Assembly: GCA_963790405.1 (NCBI GenBank)
Contig: CAWBOJ010000006.1
Span: 380,858 to 444,857 of the forward strand
Length of the DNA stretch: 64,000 bases
Reading direction: 5' to 3'
DNA from: an uncultured Actinomycetota bacterium
Lineage (GTDB): Bacteria; Actinomycetota; Coriobacteriia; Anaerosomatales; JAGXFU01
Shown here: piece by piece, positions 9,065 to 22,511 of the stretch
Layout of the letters: each line of letters begins with the position of its first letter
Position numbering within the stretch: position 1 is the first letter of the stretch
Program-made: the position numbers and the translations under genes
Notes under the pieces: generated by a model
The model's input: the letters and a program-made list of their open reading frames with translations, nothing else
What the model was told of the DNA's origin: nothing
Database searches by the model: none

Positions 9065-11691
9065 ACCCTCACGAGGGATATGAACGCCTGCGCGTGCCCG
9101 TGCGTCTTCCTGCGGGGGAGGCATGCACGACGTGCATAGCGCGCTTTGACCAGGGAGTAGATGCGGTCGCAGGTGTCGGCTCGGTCGAGGTAGACCCCGG
9201 AGCGTCGGAGCTCGAGGTTGTCTACGATCCCTCCGTCATCACGCGCGAGCAGCTCGTTGCCCACATCGAGCGTCTTGGCCACGAAGTCGGTTCGGCCGTC
9301 GCTCACGTTTCGTGGCGGGTCGACGGTCTCGATTGCCCTGACTGCGCCAGAACCGTGGACGTGTCCGTGTCGCATCTCGACGGTGTCTTCTCGGCATCGC
9401 TCAACTTCGCCAGTGGCATGCTGTTCGTCGAATACGATTCAGCCGAAGATCCGCGTGCCGAGATCGAGCGATTCGTGGACGGCATGGGCTACGGCCTCGA
9501 GCGCGTGGGAGACACCGCCGGACGGCCGGTGGCAGAGTTTCGGGTCAGCGGGCTGGACTGCCCCGACTGTGCCAGAGTGCTCGCCGATCGGATTGCCGCG
9601 ATCGATGGGGTGGACAGCGCCGAGATGGAGTTCGCCACTGCCCGACTGAAAGTCGGCTACGACCCGGCGGTCGTTGCGCCGACGCAACTCGCCGATGCGA
9701 TCGTCATCGGGGGATACGGCGTCGAGGAACGTCCGATCCCGGGTACGGTCGCGACCTCGGGATCACGCGTTGGTCGCCGAGGGGACACGGCTACCTGGGT
9801 GAGCGGTGTGCTCATCGCACTGGGGTGGCTGCTCGAGTGGTTGCTCGGGCCTGCCGGTGATGCGCAGGTGTGGCGGACGGTCGTGTCCGTCGTGCCGTTC
9901 GCAATCGCGATTATCGTAGGCGGAGGCCTGATTTTCCGTCGTGCGGTTTCGTCTGCACGGGCTCGCATCTTAGACATGAACGTTCTCATGACCGTGGCGG
10001 TCATCGGCGCTGCACTGATTGGCGAGTGGGCCGAGGCGGCGATGGTCGTCTTCCTGTTCTCCGTTGGCGGGATGCTCGAGTCGCGCTCCCTCGAGCGCAC
10101 GCGTCGGTCGATCCGGGATCTCATGGACCTCGCGCCAGCCATCGCGCGGGTCGTGCGGGCCGGTGTCGAGAGCGAGATCTCGCCGACCGACGTTGCTGTC
10201 GGCGACCGCATCGCGATTCGGCCGGGCGAGCGGTTGCCGCTTGATGGCCGTATCGAGGAAGGCTCCTCGGCGATAGATGAGGCGGCCATCACCGGAGAGT
10301 CGGTGCCGGTCGACAAGGGGCCCGGCGACACGGTGTGGGCGGGGACGCTCAACACCTACGCGCCCCTGATCGTCGAAGTCACTGCGCCTGCCGAGGACAC
10401 AACGCTTGCTCGCGTCATCTTCCTCGTCGAGGAAGCCCAGGCTCAGCGCGCGCCGTTCCAGCGGCTTGTCGATCGGTTCACGCGGTGGTACACGCCTGCA
10501 GTGACTGTGACGGCGGGTCTTCTGGCGATCGGGCCGCCGCTCCTGGGTGCTCTTGCGCAGCCTGGGACGTTCGGCTTCGACACGTCGTTTGCGACGTGGT
10601 TCTACCGCGCACTGGTTCTGCTTGTTGTCGGCTGCCCGTGCGCGCTGGTGATCTCGACGCCGGTAGCCATCGTCTCGGCGATCACTCGCGCATCTCGCGA
10701 CGGTGTGCTCGTCAAAGGCGGCGCCTTCCTCGAGATGGCTCCGCGGATCCGCGCGCTGGCGTTCGACAAGACCGGTACGCTCACGCTGGGCCGCCCCGAT
10801 GTCGCCGAAGTGATCGCGCTCGACGGCATCGACGCCCCGACGGTGCTCGGGCTGGCCGGGACGCTGGAGCGCATGTCGACGCACCCTCTCGCCGGAGCCG
10901 TGGTGCGAGAGGCCGAACGAGCGGGGGAGAGCTTCTCGGCGAGTTCGAGCGATGTGCGTGAAACTCCGGGCCGTGGAGTGACCGGCGTGCTAGACGGTCA
11001 ACCGGCGGTCATCGGCAGCCTTGCCTTCGCCGAAGAGTCGGGATTCGCGGCGGACGGCGCACGCGCACACGTGGAACGGGTTGAGAATGATGGTCGCACC
11101 GCTCTGGCCCTGGGCTTGGGCGAGCGTGTCGTGGGTGTGATAGCGGTCGCGGACATGCCCCGCGAGAGCGCTGCGGGCGTGATCGAGCGGCTGCGAGGCA
11201 CGGGGCTGGACGCAATCACCATGCTCACCGGGGACAACGAGCGCGTTGCGGGCGCGATCGCGCAGCGTATGGGCCTGGACAGCTTCGATGCCCGGCTGTT
11301 GCCTGCGCAGAAGGTGGATGCTGTGCGTGCGCTCAAGGAACGCTACGGTGCCGTGGCGATGGTCGGAGACGGGATCAACGACGCGCCGGCGCTGGCGATG
11401 GCGGATCTTGGGATCGCGATGGGAGCGGCGGGCAGCGACACAGCGCTCGAGACTGCGGATATCGCGCTCATGTCTGACGATCTGAACGCGTTGCCGCGCT
11501 TCTTCGAGCTGGGACGACGCACGGTGGCGAACATCCGGCAGAACGTCGTGATCTCGGTCGTCATCAAGCTGATCGTGCTCGTGGCGGCGGTTCTCGGCTT
11601 CGCACCACTGTGGCTGGCGGTGTTCGCCGATACGGGTGTCGCGTTGCTCGTCATCCTCAACGGTTTGCGACTCCTGCGGCCGGTCTCGTGA
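9061..11691 (+). CDS. Heavy-metal P1B-2 ATPase (Zn/Cd/Pb type) with three N-terminal HMA domains
   Basis: CTTC, CPDC, CPDC; TGES, CPC, DKTGT, GDGINDAP; Lys in TM7 and ADTG in TM8. Confidence 0.93.
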   Translation: MNPHEGYERLRVPVRLPAGEACTTCIARFDQGVDAVAGVGSVEVDPGASELEVVYDPSVITREQLVAHIERLGHEVGSAVAHVSWRVDGLDCPDCARTVDVSVSHLDGVFSASLNFASGMLFVEYDSAEDPRAEIERFVDGMGYGLERVGDTAGRPVAEFRVSGLDCPDCARVLADRIAAIDGVDSAEMEFATARLKVGYDPAVVAPTQLADAIVIGGYGVEERPIPGTVATSGSRVGRRGDTATWVSGVLIALGWLLEWLLGPAGDAQVWRTVVSVVPFAIAIIVGGGLIFRRAVSSARARILDMNVLMTVAVIGAALIGEWAEAAMVVFLFSVGGMLESRSLERTRRSIRDLMDLAPAIARVVRAGVESEISPTDVAVGDRIAIRPGERLPLDGRIEEGSSAIDEAAITGESVPVDKGPGDTVWAGTLNTYAPLIVEVTAPAEDTTLARVIFLVEEAQAQRAPFQRLVDRFTRWYTPAVTVTAGLLAIGPPLLGALAQPGTFGFDTSFATWFYRALVLLVVGCPCALVISTPVAIVSAITRASRDGVLVKGGAFLEMAPRIRALAFDKTGTLTLGRPDVAEVIALDGIDAPTVLGLAGTLERMSTHPLAGAVVREAERAGESFSASSSDVRETPGRGVTGVLDGQPAVIGSLAFAEESGFAADGARAHVERVENDGRTALALGLGERVVGVIAVADMPRESAAGVIERLRGTGLDAITMLTGDNERVAGAIAQRMGLDSFDARLLPAQKVDAVRALKERYGAVAMVGDGINDAPALAMADLGIAMGAAGSDTALETADIALMSDDLNALPRFFELGRRTVANIRQNVVISVVIKLIVLVAAVLGFAPLWLAVFADTGVALLVILNGLRLLRPVS

Positions 11692-11775
11692 TCTTGCAAG
11701 TGCGGCCGCACGTAGGGTGAGCCGCTCGCACGTGGAATACTACAGAGGGCACAGACGAGGGACGGAGGCCGGCAC

Positions 11776-12111
11776 ATGACTGATGATTTCATGCGATTCC
11801 TGGCGTCATGGGCGCTCGTGCACGAGACCGCCGACGAGGGGTGGAAGGCTGCTGTCGAGCGGGGCAGTCAGCCCGATGCAGGCGACATGGCCGAGGGCCC
11901 CGAGGCGTTCGTGGACGGCCTTTCGGCGATGATCGCCGAGGAGAAAGAGCGGCTCAAGGCCGAGCTCGCGTCAGGCAGAGTCGAGGCTCCGGGCAGCAAG
12001 GCGGATGTCTCAGGCAAGCTCGACGATCTCTCGTTCGAGGTCGGTGAGCTGCGCGGTCGGCTCGAATCGATGCAGGCCAGTCTCGATGCGCTGCTGAAGG
12101 AAGACGAGTAG
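11776..12111 (+). CDS. Small coiled-coil protein (phasin-like partner of UbiB/AarF kinase)
   Basis: GGAGG RBS; C-terminal heptad coiled coil; directly upstream of the ABC1 kinase gene. Confidence 0.55.
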   Translation: MTDDFMRFLASWALVHETADEGWKAAVERGSQPDAGDMAEGPEAFVDGLSAMIAEEKERLKAELASGRVEAPGSKADVSGKLDDLSFEVGELRGRLESMQASLDALLKEDE

Positions 12112-12115
12112 CGCC

Positions 12116-13475
12116 ATGTCGGCCAGATCGCGTCGTATCGCGTCCGTCGCCTCCAAGCGGCTGGCACTCGGCGTGTGGCACGCGCGGTTCGGCCTCGTCG
12201 CCCCGGCTCGCAGGCGCCAAGCGTTCGCCCTGCAAGCCCGGCGCGCATGCGAGGAACTCGGCCCCACCTTCATCAAGCTCGGGCAGCTCGCGTCCGTGCG
12301 TCCGGATGTCTTCTCGGCCGAGGCCGTGTTCGAACTCGAGCGGCTGCAAGACTCGGTGGCACCGGTGCCGGCCGAAGCGATACGCACCGTCATCAAGCGC
12401 GAGCTCGGAAGCTCGCCGGAGGAGCTCTTCGGCAGCTTCGATCCAAATCCCCTGGCCTCTGCGTCGATCGCGCAGGTGCATCGGGCGACTCTTGCCGAGG
12501 AGTACCGGCCCGTATGCGGTGACACGCTACCCAAGGGCACGCCGATCGTCGTGAAGGTCGTCCGCCCCGGTATCAAGCGGATCATTGCCGAGGACTTCGA
12601 GATCGCGCGCACGTGGGTGCGCAGGCTCTCGCGGTTCCAGGCGGTGTCGCGCTACTCGCTCGAATCGCTCCTCGATGAGTTCGCCGACTCGCTTGCCAGC
12701 GAGCTCGATCTGCGCAAGGAGGGGCGAGTCGCCGATCGCTTCGGACACGACTTCCGCGATGACGATCTCGTTTTCGTGCCCCTGCGTGATCTGGCGCCAC
12801 AGTACCCGCAGCGTGCTTACGATGGAGTTCGTGAAGGGGTGGCGACTCACAGACGTCTGCAAAGGCTGAGCTCGCCGGAGTCGACGCCTTCGGTCTGGCA
12901 GTGCACGGCGCCGAGGTGTTCATGAAGCAGGTGCTGGTGTTCGGCCGCTATCACGCGGATCTGCATCCTGCGAATCTGTTCGTGACGCCCGACAGCCGCA
13001 TCTGCTATCTCGATTTCGGGATCACCGGTCGGACGGAGCCGTCGCAGCGTGTCGCGATCGCGCAGGTGCTCGCTGCGACTGTGTACGGGGACGCGGCGCG
13101 GGCGGTGCGCTATTCGCGCGAACTCGGCCTGGATATTCCGGAGGATCTCGAGCCGGTGATCCGTGCGCGCGTCGCCGAGCTGCTCGCGTCGACCATGGGA
13201 GGCCCCGGTCCTTCGGACGTTCGAGGGTTCGCGATAGGGTTTCTGTCCCTACTTGCTGATTTCAAGATCAACATCCCGCAAGGCTACGGGTTGCTCGTCA
13301 AAGCTCTTGTGACCGTCGAGGGCGTTGCGCGCCGACTCTATCCGAGATAGACATCGCGGAGGCCGCCAAGCCGTTCGCGACGCGGCTCATAGCGCGCGAG
13401 ATGGTTCGACCAGAGCGGCTGGCACGGAAGCTACCCGAGGCGCTGCGTGCTGCGATGAGGGAACTCGCTTCGTAG
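12116..13475 (+). CDS. ABC1/AarF/UbiB-family atypical kinase (frameshifts near 12780, 12860, 13345)
   Basis: ELGPTFIKLGQ, LASASIAQVHRA, VVKV, HADLHPANL, LDFG distributed over three frames. Confidence 0.85.
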
Positions 13476-13496
13476 CCTACCGAATGGCAACCTGGA

Positions 13497-14304
13497 CTAC
13501 TGCTCGCTCAGCACCTGGTTGAGACTACCTGTCCGATAGCCCTCGAGATCTTGGGCCACGAACGCGAAGCCGGCGCTCTTGATGGCGTCGCTCACCGATT
13601 CGCGCATCGCCCAGGCGCGGTCCATCTCGGCAGGTTCGACCTCGACGCGAGCCACGTTGCCATGAGCGCGGACCCGGAACTGGATCAGACCAAGCTCTCT
13701 GAGCGCGGACTCGGCGTCAGCCACCTGGGCCAGGCGCTGCTCGGTGATCGGCTCGCCGTAGGGGAATCTCGATGCGAGACACGCCATCGAGGGCTTGTCG
13801 CAGTTGGGCAGTTCGAGCATCGCGGCAACCTCTCGGATGTCAGCTTTGGTGAACCCGGCTTCGGCGAGTGGACTGACGACGCCGTACTCCTTCGGCCGCA
13901 CGTGTCCCGGGCCGGAAGTCGTCGCCATCGTCCAGGTTCGTTCCGTCAGCCAGCGCACTCAGACCTCGGCTGTCGGCGACATCTCTGAGCAGCGCAAAGA
14001 GCTCTGCCTTGCAGTGATAGCAGCGGTCGGGCGTGTTCTGTCGGAATCTGCGGGTCGATCAGTTCATGCGTTTCGACTTCGATCAGATGCAAGCCCGAGG
14101 GTCGCTGCGCATCGAACGCGCATATTCAGCTTCGCTCGGAGGGTAGGTGTCGGAGAGGGCGAGCGCGGCCAGGCATCGTTCGCCGAGAACCACGTGCGCT
14201 GCCACCGCCGAGAGAGTCGAGTCGACGCCACCACTGTATGCCACGAGCATGCTGTCGAATTGGGCGAGCCGCTCAAGCAGCGCTTCGTAGTTGGCAATGG
14301 ACAC
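13497..14304 (-). CDS. LarE-family ATP-dependent sulfur transferase (several frameshifts)
   Basis: AYSGGVDS PP-loop, DRCYHCK, DGTNLDD, KPSMACLASRFPYG, FRVRAHG across frames. Confidence 0.8.
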
Positions 14305-14643
14305 ACGTACGGAAATCCCCCTCGCTTCGTAAGCACGTCATTTTGCAGGTATGCAACCCCGTTGGGCTAGCGGACGTTCAGTATATGCTCGCTTTTCCGT
14401 TCATGCAGTGTCAGATTCGCGATTTATGATGAACGGCCCCAGATGAAGGGAAGAGCGGTTGGTCTCCGGTGCCGAAGTGGAGAACAAAGGCATCCGCCGG
14501 ATCTGCGAGCGACGGGTCAGTGTCGAGCATCCAAAGACGGTGCGCGCTGATGTGCGGGATGTACTAGGCTATATGAGGGGCAGTTGCCCGACGGTCCACC
14601 GAGGCTGTCGGCGTGGATCGTATCCGGGTCAAAGGGAGGCGAC

Positions 14644-16641
14644 ATGGCAGAGAACACCGAGCAGGGCTTCGAGCATCTGGCTACCGACGAAAGCGTGATC
14701 GCACCGCCTGAGTGGCTTGCAGACAAGGCCATCATCGGCGACATGGATGCGTACAAGGCTCTGTACCGGCGGTCGATCGACGACCCGGAGGGCTTCTGGG
14801 CAGAAATGGCCCGAGAGCATCTGACGTGGATGATCCGACTTCAAGACGGTGCGTTCCGGTGGTTTCGAGAACCTCGACTACAAGTGGTTCGAGGACGGGC
14901 ACTCTCAACGTCAGCGCGAACTGCCTCGATCGCCATCTCGACACGTGGCGGCGGAACAAGGCCGCGCTCATCTGGGAAGGCGACGACGGCTCGACGCGCA
15001 CGTACACCTACCAGCAGCTGCACTACGAGGTCTCGCGCTTCTCCAACGTGCTGCGCAAGAAGGGCGTCGAACAAGGGCGATCGTGTCGCGCTCTACATGC
15101 CGATGATTCCCGAGCTGCCGATCGCCATGCTCGCGTGCGCGCGGATCGGCGCGATCCACTCGATCGTCTTTGGCGGGTTCAGCTCCTCGGCATTGAAAGG
15201 CCGGATCCAGGACTGCGGTGCCAAGATGCTGATCACCGCAGACGAGGGTATCCGCGGCGGCCGCAAGGTGCCGCTCAAGGCAGCGGCCGACGAGGCGTTG
15301 TTCGAGTGCCCGAGCGTCGAGGCGTGCATCGTGGTCAAGCGCGGCGCCGGCGACGTCGACATGGAGCCGGGTCGCGATACCTGGTGGCACCAGGAGATCA
15401 CCGCCCCCGAGGTTCGCAAGCCGTTCGAGGCCGAGCCCATGAATGCCGAGGATCCGCTGTTCATCCTCTACACGTCCGGATCGACCGGCAAGCCCAAGGG
15501 TGTGCTGCACACGACCGCGGGCTACCTGCTCTACTCGGCGCTGACGTTCAAGACGGTGTTCGACTACCGCGACGAGGACGTGTTCTGGTGCACCGCCGAT
15601 ATCGGGTGGATCACGGGACACAGCTACATCGTCTACGGTCCGCTGGCAGCCGGCGCGACGACGCTGATGTTCGAGGGCATACCGACGTATCCGGACCCGG
15701 GCAGGTTCTGGGCAATCGTCGAGAAGTACCGCGTCAACACGTTCTACACCGCACCGACGGCCATCAGGGCGCTCATGCGCCACGGCGAGGGCTGGCCGGC
15801 TCGCTACGACCTGTCGAGCCTGCGGCTGCTTGGCACTGTCGGTGAGCCCATCAACCCCGAGGTCTGGCTGTGGTACCGCAAGATCATCGGGCGTCAAGAG
15901 CTACCTATCATCGATACGTACTGGCAGACCGAGACGGGCGGCTTCCTTATCACGCCGTTCCCGGGGGCCATACCGCTCAAGCCCGGTTCGGCGACGGTGC
16001 CGTTCTTCGGCATCGAACCGACCGTCGTTACCGAGGACGGCTCCGAGGCCGCCGAGAACGAGGGCGGCTACCTGGTCATCGAGAATTCGTGGCCGGGCAT
16101 GATGCGTGGGACGTGGGGCGACCCCGATCACACGCGCATGCACGAGGTCTACTTCGAGCGTTTTCCCGGTCGCTACTTCACCGGTGACGGGGCGCGCAAG
16201 GACTCGGACGGCTACTTCTGGCTGCTCGGTCGTGTGGACGATGTCATCAATGTGAGCGGGCACCGACTCGGCACCGCCGAGATCGAGAGCGCGCTGGTCT
16301 CGCACGAGGCGGTGAGCGAGGCGGCCGTGGTCGGCTTCCCGCATCCGGTGAAGGGCGAAGGCATCCACGCGTTCGTTCTGCTGCGCGACGGCCAGTTCCC
16401 GAGTGAGGACCTTGCGAAGATTCTGCGCGGGCACGTTCGCAAGATCATCGGCCCGATCGCAACGCCCGATCATATCCAGTTCGCGCGCGACCTTCCCAAG
16501 ACGCGATCCGGCAAGATCATGCGACGTATCTTGCGCAAGATGGCGGCGGGCGAGAAGGAGATGGAGGCGTTCGGCGACATCTCGACGCTGGCCGACCCCA
16601 AGGTGGTCAAGGAGCTGCTCTCGGGAGCAGACGAGTTCTAG
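14644..16641 (+). CDS. acs: Acetyl-CoA synthetase (AMP-forming); compensating frameshifts about 14830-15070
   Basis: [31 protein letters not shown]; [11 protein letters not shown] found in an alternate frame. Confidence 0.95.
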   Translation: MAENTEQGFEHLATDESVIAPPEWLADKAIIGDMDAYKALYRRSIDDPEGFWAEMAREHLTWMIRLQDGAFRWFREPRLQVVRGRALSTSARTASIAISTRGGGTRPRSSGKATTARRARTPTSSCTTRSRASPTCCARRASNKGDRVALYMPMIPELPIAMLACARIGAIHSIVFGGFSSSALKGRIQDCGAKMLITADEGIRGGRKVPLKAAADEALFECPSVEACIVVKRGAGDVDMEPGRDTWWHQEITAPEVRKPFEAEPMNAEDPLFILYTSGSTGKPKGVLHTTAGYLLYSALTFKTVFDYRDEDVFWCTADIGWITGHSYIVYGPLAAGATTLMFEGIPTYPDPGRFWAIVEKYRVNTFYTAPTAIRALMRHGEGWPARYDLSSLRLLGTVGEPINPEVWLWYRKIIGRQELPIIDTYWQTETGGFLITPFPGAIPLKPGSATVPFFGIEPTVVTEDGSEAAENEGGYLVIENSWPGMMRGTWGDPDHTRMHEVYFERFPGRYFTGDGARKDSDGYFWLLGRVDDVINVSGHRLGTAEIESALVSHEAVSEAAVVGFPHPVKGEGIHAFVLLRDGQFPSEDLAKILRGHVRKIIGPIATPDHIQFARDLPKTRSGKIMRRILRKMAAGEKEMEAFGDISTLADPKVVKELLSGADEF

Positions 16642-16649
16642 ACAGCGCG

Positions 16650-16682
16650 ACGGCGCCGGATGCCGCACGTGTCCGGCGCCGT
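16650..16682. terminator. Hairpin between convergent acs and methyltransferase genes
   Basis: ACGGCGCCGGA...TCCGGCGCCGT inverted repeat. Confidence 0.6.
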
Positions 16683-16683
16683 G

Positions 16684-17516
16684 TCAGTCCTTTACGGCGC
16701 TCACCGAGAACATGAGCGGGATGTCGGGTGCACCGGCGGGCATGCGCCACAACCCGTCCTGGTCGCGCTCCATCCAGGGGAACCACGCCCAGGCGATACG
16801 GTCGTATTCCTTGAGCGACGTGATGCGCAGGCCAGCGTCGAGCAGCGTGCCCACGATCTCCTCGAACGTGTGCTGCCATGAGTAGCTCACCGAGGTGTAG
16901 TCGCTCGTCGGGTCGGCGTAGTTGCCGGTCTGTTCGTCGCGGATCGGCTCGCAACTGAAGTACGGGTACTTCAGCCGTAGCTCGCCGGGCCCCGCTTTCG
17001 TGCCCTGCGTCGGTATCGTCATAGACCCACAGTGCAGGGTGGTGGTCGACTACGAACAGCCGTCCGCCCGGCGCAAGTACCGCACGCGATCGTGCGCGCC
17101 CACGGCGCCAGACTCGGAAGCCAGCTGATCGCACCGTAGGAGACGAACACGACATCGAACTCGCCGTCCAGGTGTTCGCGGGCGTCGGCCACATCACAGC
17201 ACACGAATTCCGCCTCAACTCCCACCTCCTCGGCGAGAAGGCGGGCGCGCTCGATGGCGCGCTGCGAGAAGTCGACGCCGGTGACCCGGGCGCCTCTTCG
17301 TGCCCACGAGATCGTGTCCATCCCGAAATGGCATTGCAGGTGGAGCAGACGCATTCCGGTCACGTCGCCGACGCCGGCGAGCTCGATCGGATCGAAATAG
17401 GAGCGACCGGCGATGAAGCCCGGGACATCGTAGAAGTCGGAGTTGAAGTTCACATCGGTCCAGCGATCCCAGGTCTCGCGGTTGCGCGACACCAGATCCT
17501 TGTTCGCATCACCCAT
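16684..17516 (-). CDS. Class I SAM-dependent methyltransferase (frameshifted about 17020-17090)
   Basis: LLHLQCHFGMDT, VTGVDFS, LAPGGRLFVVDHHP; C-terminal IPLMFSVSA. Confidence 0.85.
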
Positions 17517-18088
17517 CGACATACTCCGGGGTCCCAGTGGACGTCTCCACCTGGAATCGCATGTTCGTGTAGCGCGCCATCGCGAACAGCAGGTCGGAGA
17601 GCCGGTTGACGAAGGCGAGCACGTCGGCATCGACGGGCTCGGCGTCGGCGAGGTCGAGGATCGCACGCTCGGCTCGTCGTACGACCGTGCGGGCCACGTG
17701 CAGCCGTGCGGAGAGCTCGCAGCCAGCAGGCAGCACGAAGTGCGTGAATTCAGTCGGTCTCGGCCGTGAGTGCGTCGATGTGGCTTTCGAGTGCCGAGAC
17801 GTCTTCGGGTCGTACCTGCGGCGTTTCTGTGCTCACGACATCATCCGGCGTTGCGAGTCGGCTCGAGCAGTTGAACAGCTTGTGCTGCACGAAGTCGAGC
17901 ATGCGATCGAGCTCTGCTTCGTCAGGCGTCGCGACCTCGAGCGCCGCGCGGACGAGGCCGATGTGGGAATTCGCCTCGTCGATCGTCCCGTACGCTGCTA
18001 CGCGCTCGCTGTTCTTCGGCACGCGGGCTCCGCCCACGAGCGAGGTCTCGCCGCCGTCTCCGTGGCGCGTGTAGATCGGGTCGCTCAC
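17509..18088 (-). CDS. PduO-type cob(I)alamin adenosyltransferase (frameshift near 17750)
   Basis: IYTRHGDGGET, AYGTIDEANS, LHVARTVVRRAER, NRLSDLLF. Confidence 0.9.
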
Positions 18089-18212
18089 GTTCGCTCCCTT
18101 CGATCGGTCATCTAACACTATAGGGTTCCCAAGATGTTTCGTGGGCGATGACCGGGTTGCCTTGTGACCGCTACACTAGGAGAGCACTGCTCGGCAGATG
18201 AGGTGAGGCCCC

Positions 18213-18443
18213 ATGGGTATCGGTGCGTCAGAACTGCTGTTGATCGCATTCATCGCCGTCATGCTGTTCGGTCCTGCCGCCATAGCCGCATGGATTGCGT
18301 ACACCATCGGCAGAGGCCAGGTCAGCGGGCCCCCGGCCTCCGAGCCGGAGGACACGGCTTTCGTTGCAGCTCGAGAGCGTTACGCGCGCGGCGAGATCAA
18401 CCGCGATGAATTCGAGGACATCAAGCACACGCTGGGCTACTAG
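18213..18443 (+). CDS. Small membrane protein with SHOCT domain
   Basis: Hydrophobic N-terminus; ARERYARGEINRDEF. Confidence 0.8.
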   Translation: MGIGASELLLIAFIAVMLFGPAAIAAWIAYTIGRGQVSGPPASEPEDTAFVAARERYARGEINRDEFEDIKHTLGY

Positions 18444-20724
18444 CCTTCGGTTCCCAGCTCCCGCAGACGCATTCCCAGCATGCCGAGAAGCCCCTCGGCG
18501 GGAATCTCCTTGTCGCGATCTGACGACCCGGAATGTGTCGACGGCGCGTCCGTGTTTCGTTGTCGCCGTGACGCCGACGATATCCAGGCCGCTGTCTGAG
18601 ATGGCGCGTGTGACATCGTAGAACAGGCCGAGACGATCGTGCGCCTGCACCGTCACCACGGCCGCGTAGGGATTGGTCGTGTCGATTCGGACTTCGGGCG
18701 CGGCCGTGCGTGTCTGTCGGTAGTGACGTTGACGTTCGGCGAGTCGGACGCCTAGTGCCAGTCGGTCTCGCAGCGCCGCAGACAGGTTCCGCTCGAAACG
18801 TGCCCAGGTGTCCGTTCCTACATCTGCGAGAGTGGCCGAGTGGACGGTGAACGCATCCAACGCGATGCCATCAGCGAGCGTGAATGCCTGCACGCCGAGG
18901 ATATCGAGTCCGGAAAGTGCGAAGCAGCCGGCAATCGAGGCGAGCAGTCCCGGGCGATCTACCGCGACGACCGTCACGTCGAACGATTTCGGGAGGGGAC
19001 CGATGGTGATGTCGACTTCGTGCGTGTCCGCGGGCCGCGTTCCCGCCAGACCGGCGACCAGGAAGGCGTGGCGGATGACCTGGAGCGGATCTCGGTCGGC
19101 AAGGTAGCGTTCGGGTGCGGAGCCGATGAAGTGCGCTTCTCGCGAGGCGGCTGGCACCTGTGCAAGTGCGGCGTCACGTGTGAGGTCGGCCGCATCGGCG
19201 ATACCGGCTCCATCGACATCGGGTGAGAGCGCGGCATCCAAACGGGTCACGAGTTTGCCGATAAGTGCCTCGTGCCACCCGGTCCAGGCCGCCGGGCCAG
19301 TCGCCAGGCTGTCGGCGATGGTCAAGAGATGAAGCGGTGCAAGCAGTTCGCGCCGATGAATCCGTGCTGCAGTCCGCAGGATGACGTTCTCGTCGTCGAG
19401 ATCATCGCGAGCTGCCGTCTCGGGAAGCAGAAGGTGCAGACGAACGAGTTCGGCCACGTCGTCCGCGTGTTCCTCCAGGCCAAAGCGTGTGGCCGTCGCC
19501 CGTGCGGTTTCGACCCCGCGTTCGGCGTGGTCGGCGCCGGGGACTTCCTTGCCGACGTCGTGGACGAGCGCGGCGACGACCGGTACTCGGGAGTCGTCAA
19601 GCGCGCGTGCGGATCGTGCAGCGATCTCTCCGCCGGGGCTCAGTCCATCGTCGCTACCGATCTCGGACAGAAGCGTGGCGGCCTTGAGGCAATGAGCTCC
19701 GACGGTGAGCGTGTGCGCAAGTCCAGGTCGTCGCAGCACCATCAGAGCGCTGTATCCGGGGACGAGCGCGTCCAGTCGTCCAGCCCAGCCGGCCTGCTCG
19801 AGTCCGGGAAGCCCATCTCGTCCGCGCATCGCCAGATCGAGCACGTCGACCGATGACATCTGGCCGGTGTCGTGGCGTCCGCGCTGCGCAACCCTCTCTC
19901 GTGTCCGCAGGAGCAGGTGGTGCGTGTCGGCTAGTCCTTGCTGAACCTGCTGAGCGTCTGTGTGCATTTCCTCGGCAGCATCGAGCGTCATGAGCGATTC
20001 ACTGCCGAGACGCTGCAACTCCCAACGCGCTGCGGCAACCAGATCGGCCGCGTGTTCGAGGCGGGCTGCCTCATCGGCAGCGAGCAGTCCGAGTGAGACG
20101 AGTGCCGCCGGATCGCCTTGGGGCGCCCCCGTCAGGATCGCCGCGGTCCAGGTCAGCTCGTCGAAGTCGCGCCGTCCTCCCGCGCCGTCCTTGAGTTCAG
20201 GCTCGAGGAGGTACGGAGATCCCGGGCGAGGGCGCTCCCACAGAGCTCTGGAGCACGTCTCCTTTTCGCTTCGCGGCATCAGCGGCGCAGGCGTGGAGTA
20301 CGTCCGCTCCCAGCCTGTCGTTTCCCGCGATCGTGCGGCCCGTAAGCGTTGCGGTGAGTGTGACGAGGTCGGTCCGGACAGCGCGAATCTGCTCGCGGCG
20401 GGAGCGAACCTGATGGCCGACTTTCAGGCCGGCATCCCACAACGGGTACAAGATGGCCTCAACGAACGGCTTGAGCGTTGCCGAGGAAGCATTGGACACG
20501 ACAAGCAGGTCAAGATCGCTGCCCGGCAACAAGGTACCTGACCCGTATCCGCCCAACGCGACGAGCGACCAGTGCGTCTTAGGGTGCAGTCGTCGCGCGG
20601 CTTCCTCGGCAAGCAGCGCAAGGGTTTCGTCCGTGAGGCGCGCCAGCCGCCGTGCCGAAACGAGACTCGGTACGGCGGCTGAGAGAAGTGCTTCGCGTTC
20701 TTTCAGGTAGTGCGAGAGATCCAT
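18440..20724 (-). CDS. glnD: GlnD-family PII nucleotidyltransferase with HD and two ACT domains (frameshifts near 20250 and 18520)
   Basis: ALGGYG...GSDLD, EPELKDGAGG, ALVHDVGK, DRPGLL, DRLGLF; downstream of amtB-glnK. Confidence 0.88.
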
Positions 20725-20736
20725 TCGATTACCGGA

Positions 20737-22447
<1,711 letters not shown>

Positions 22448-22511
22448 GTACCTCCTCCTTCAAGAAGAGAGCGAACGTCGATCCTTGCTATCAGGAGGAT
22501 TGCCTGAGCGT

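Noticed and set aside
11689-11715. ATPase TGA followed by S-C-K-C-G-R-T-TAG and a GTGC-GGCC-GCAC hairpin (possible Sec readthrough)
   Set aside because: The stem is only 4 bp and closer to the UGA than expected, and P1B ATPases normally end just after NGLRLL. Probably chance, though easy to recheck in homologs.
18228-18440. GlnD extension antisense over the SHOCT gene
   Set aside because: Removing one base near 18520 restores an ACT-like end with TAG at 18440-18442, so the extension is a frameshift artefact
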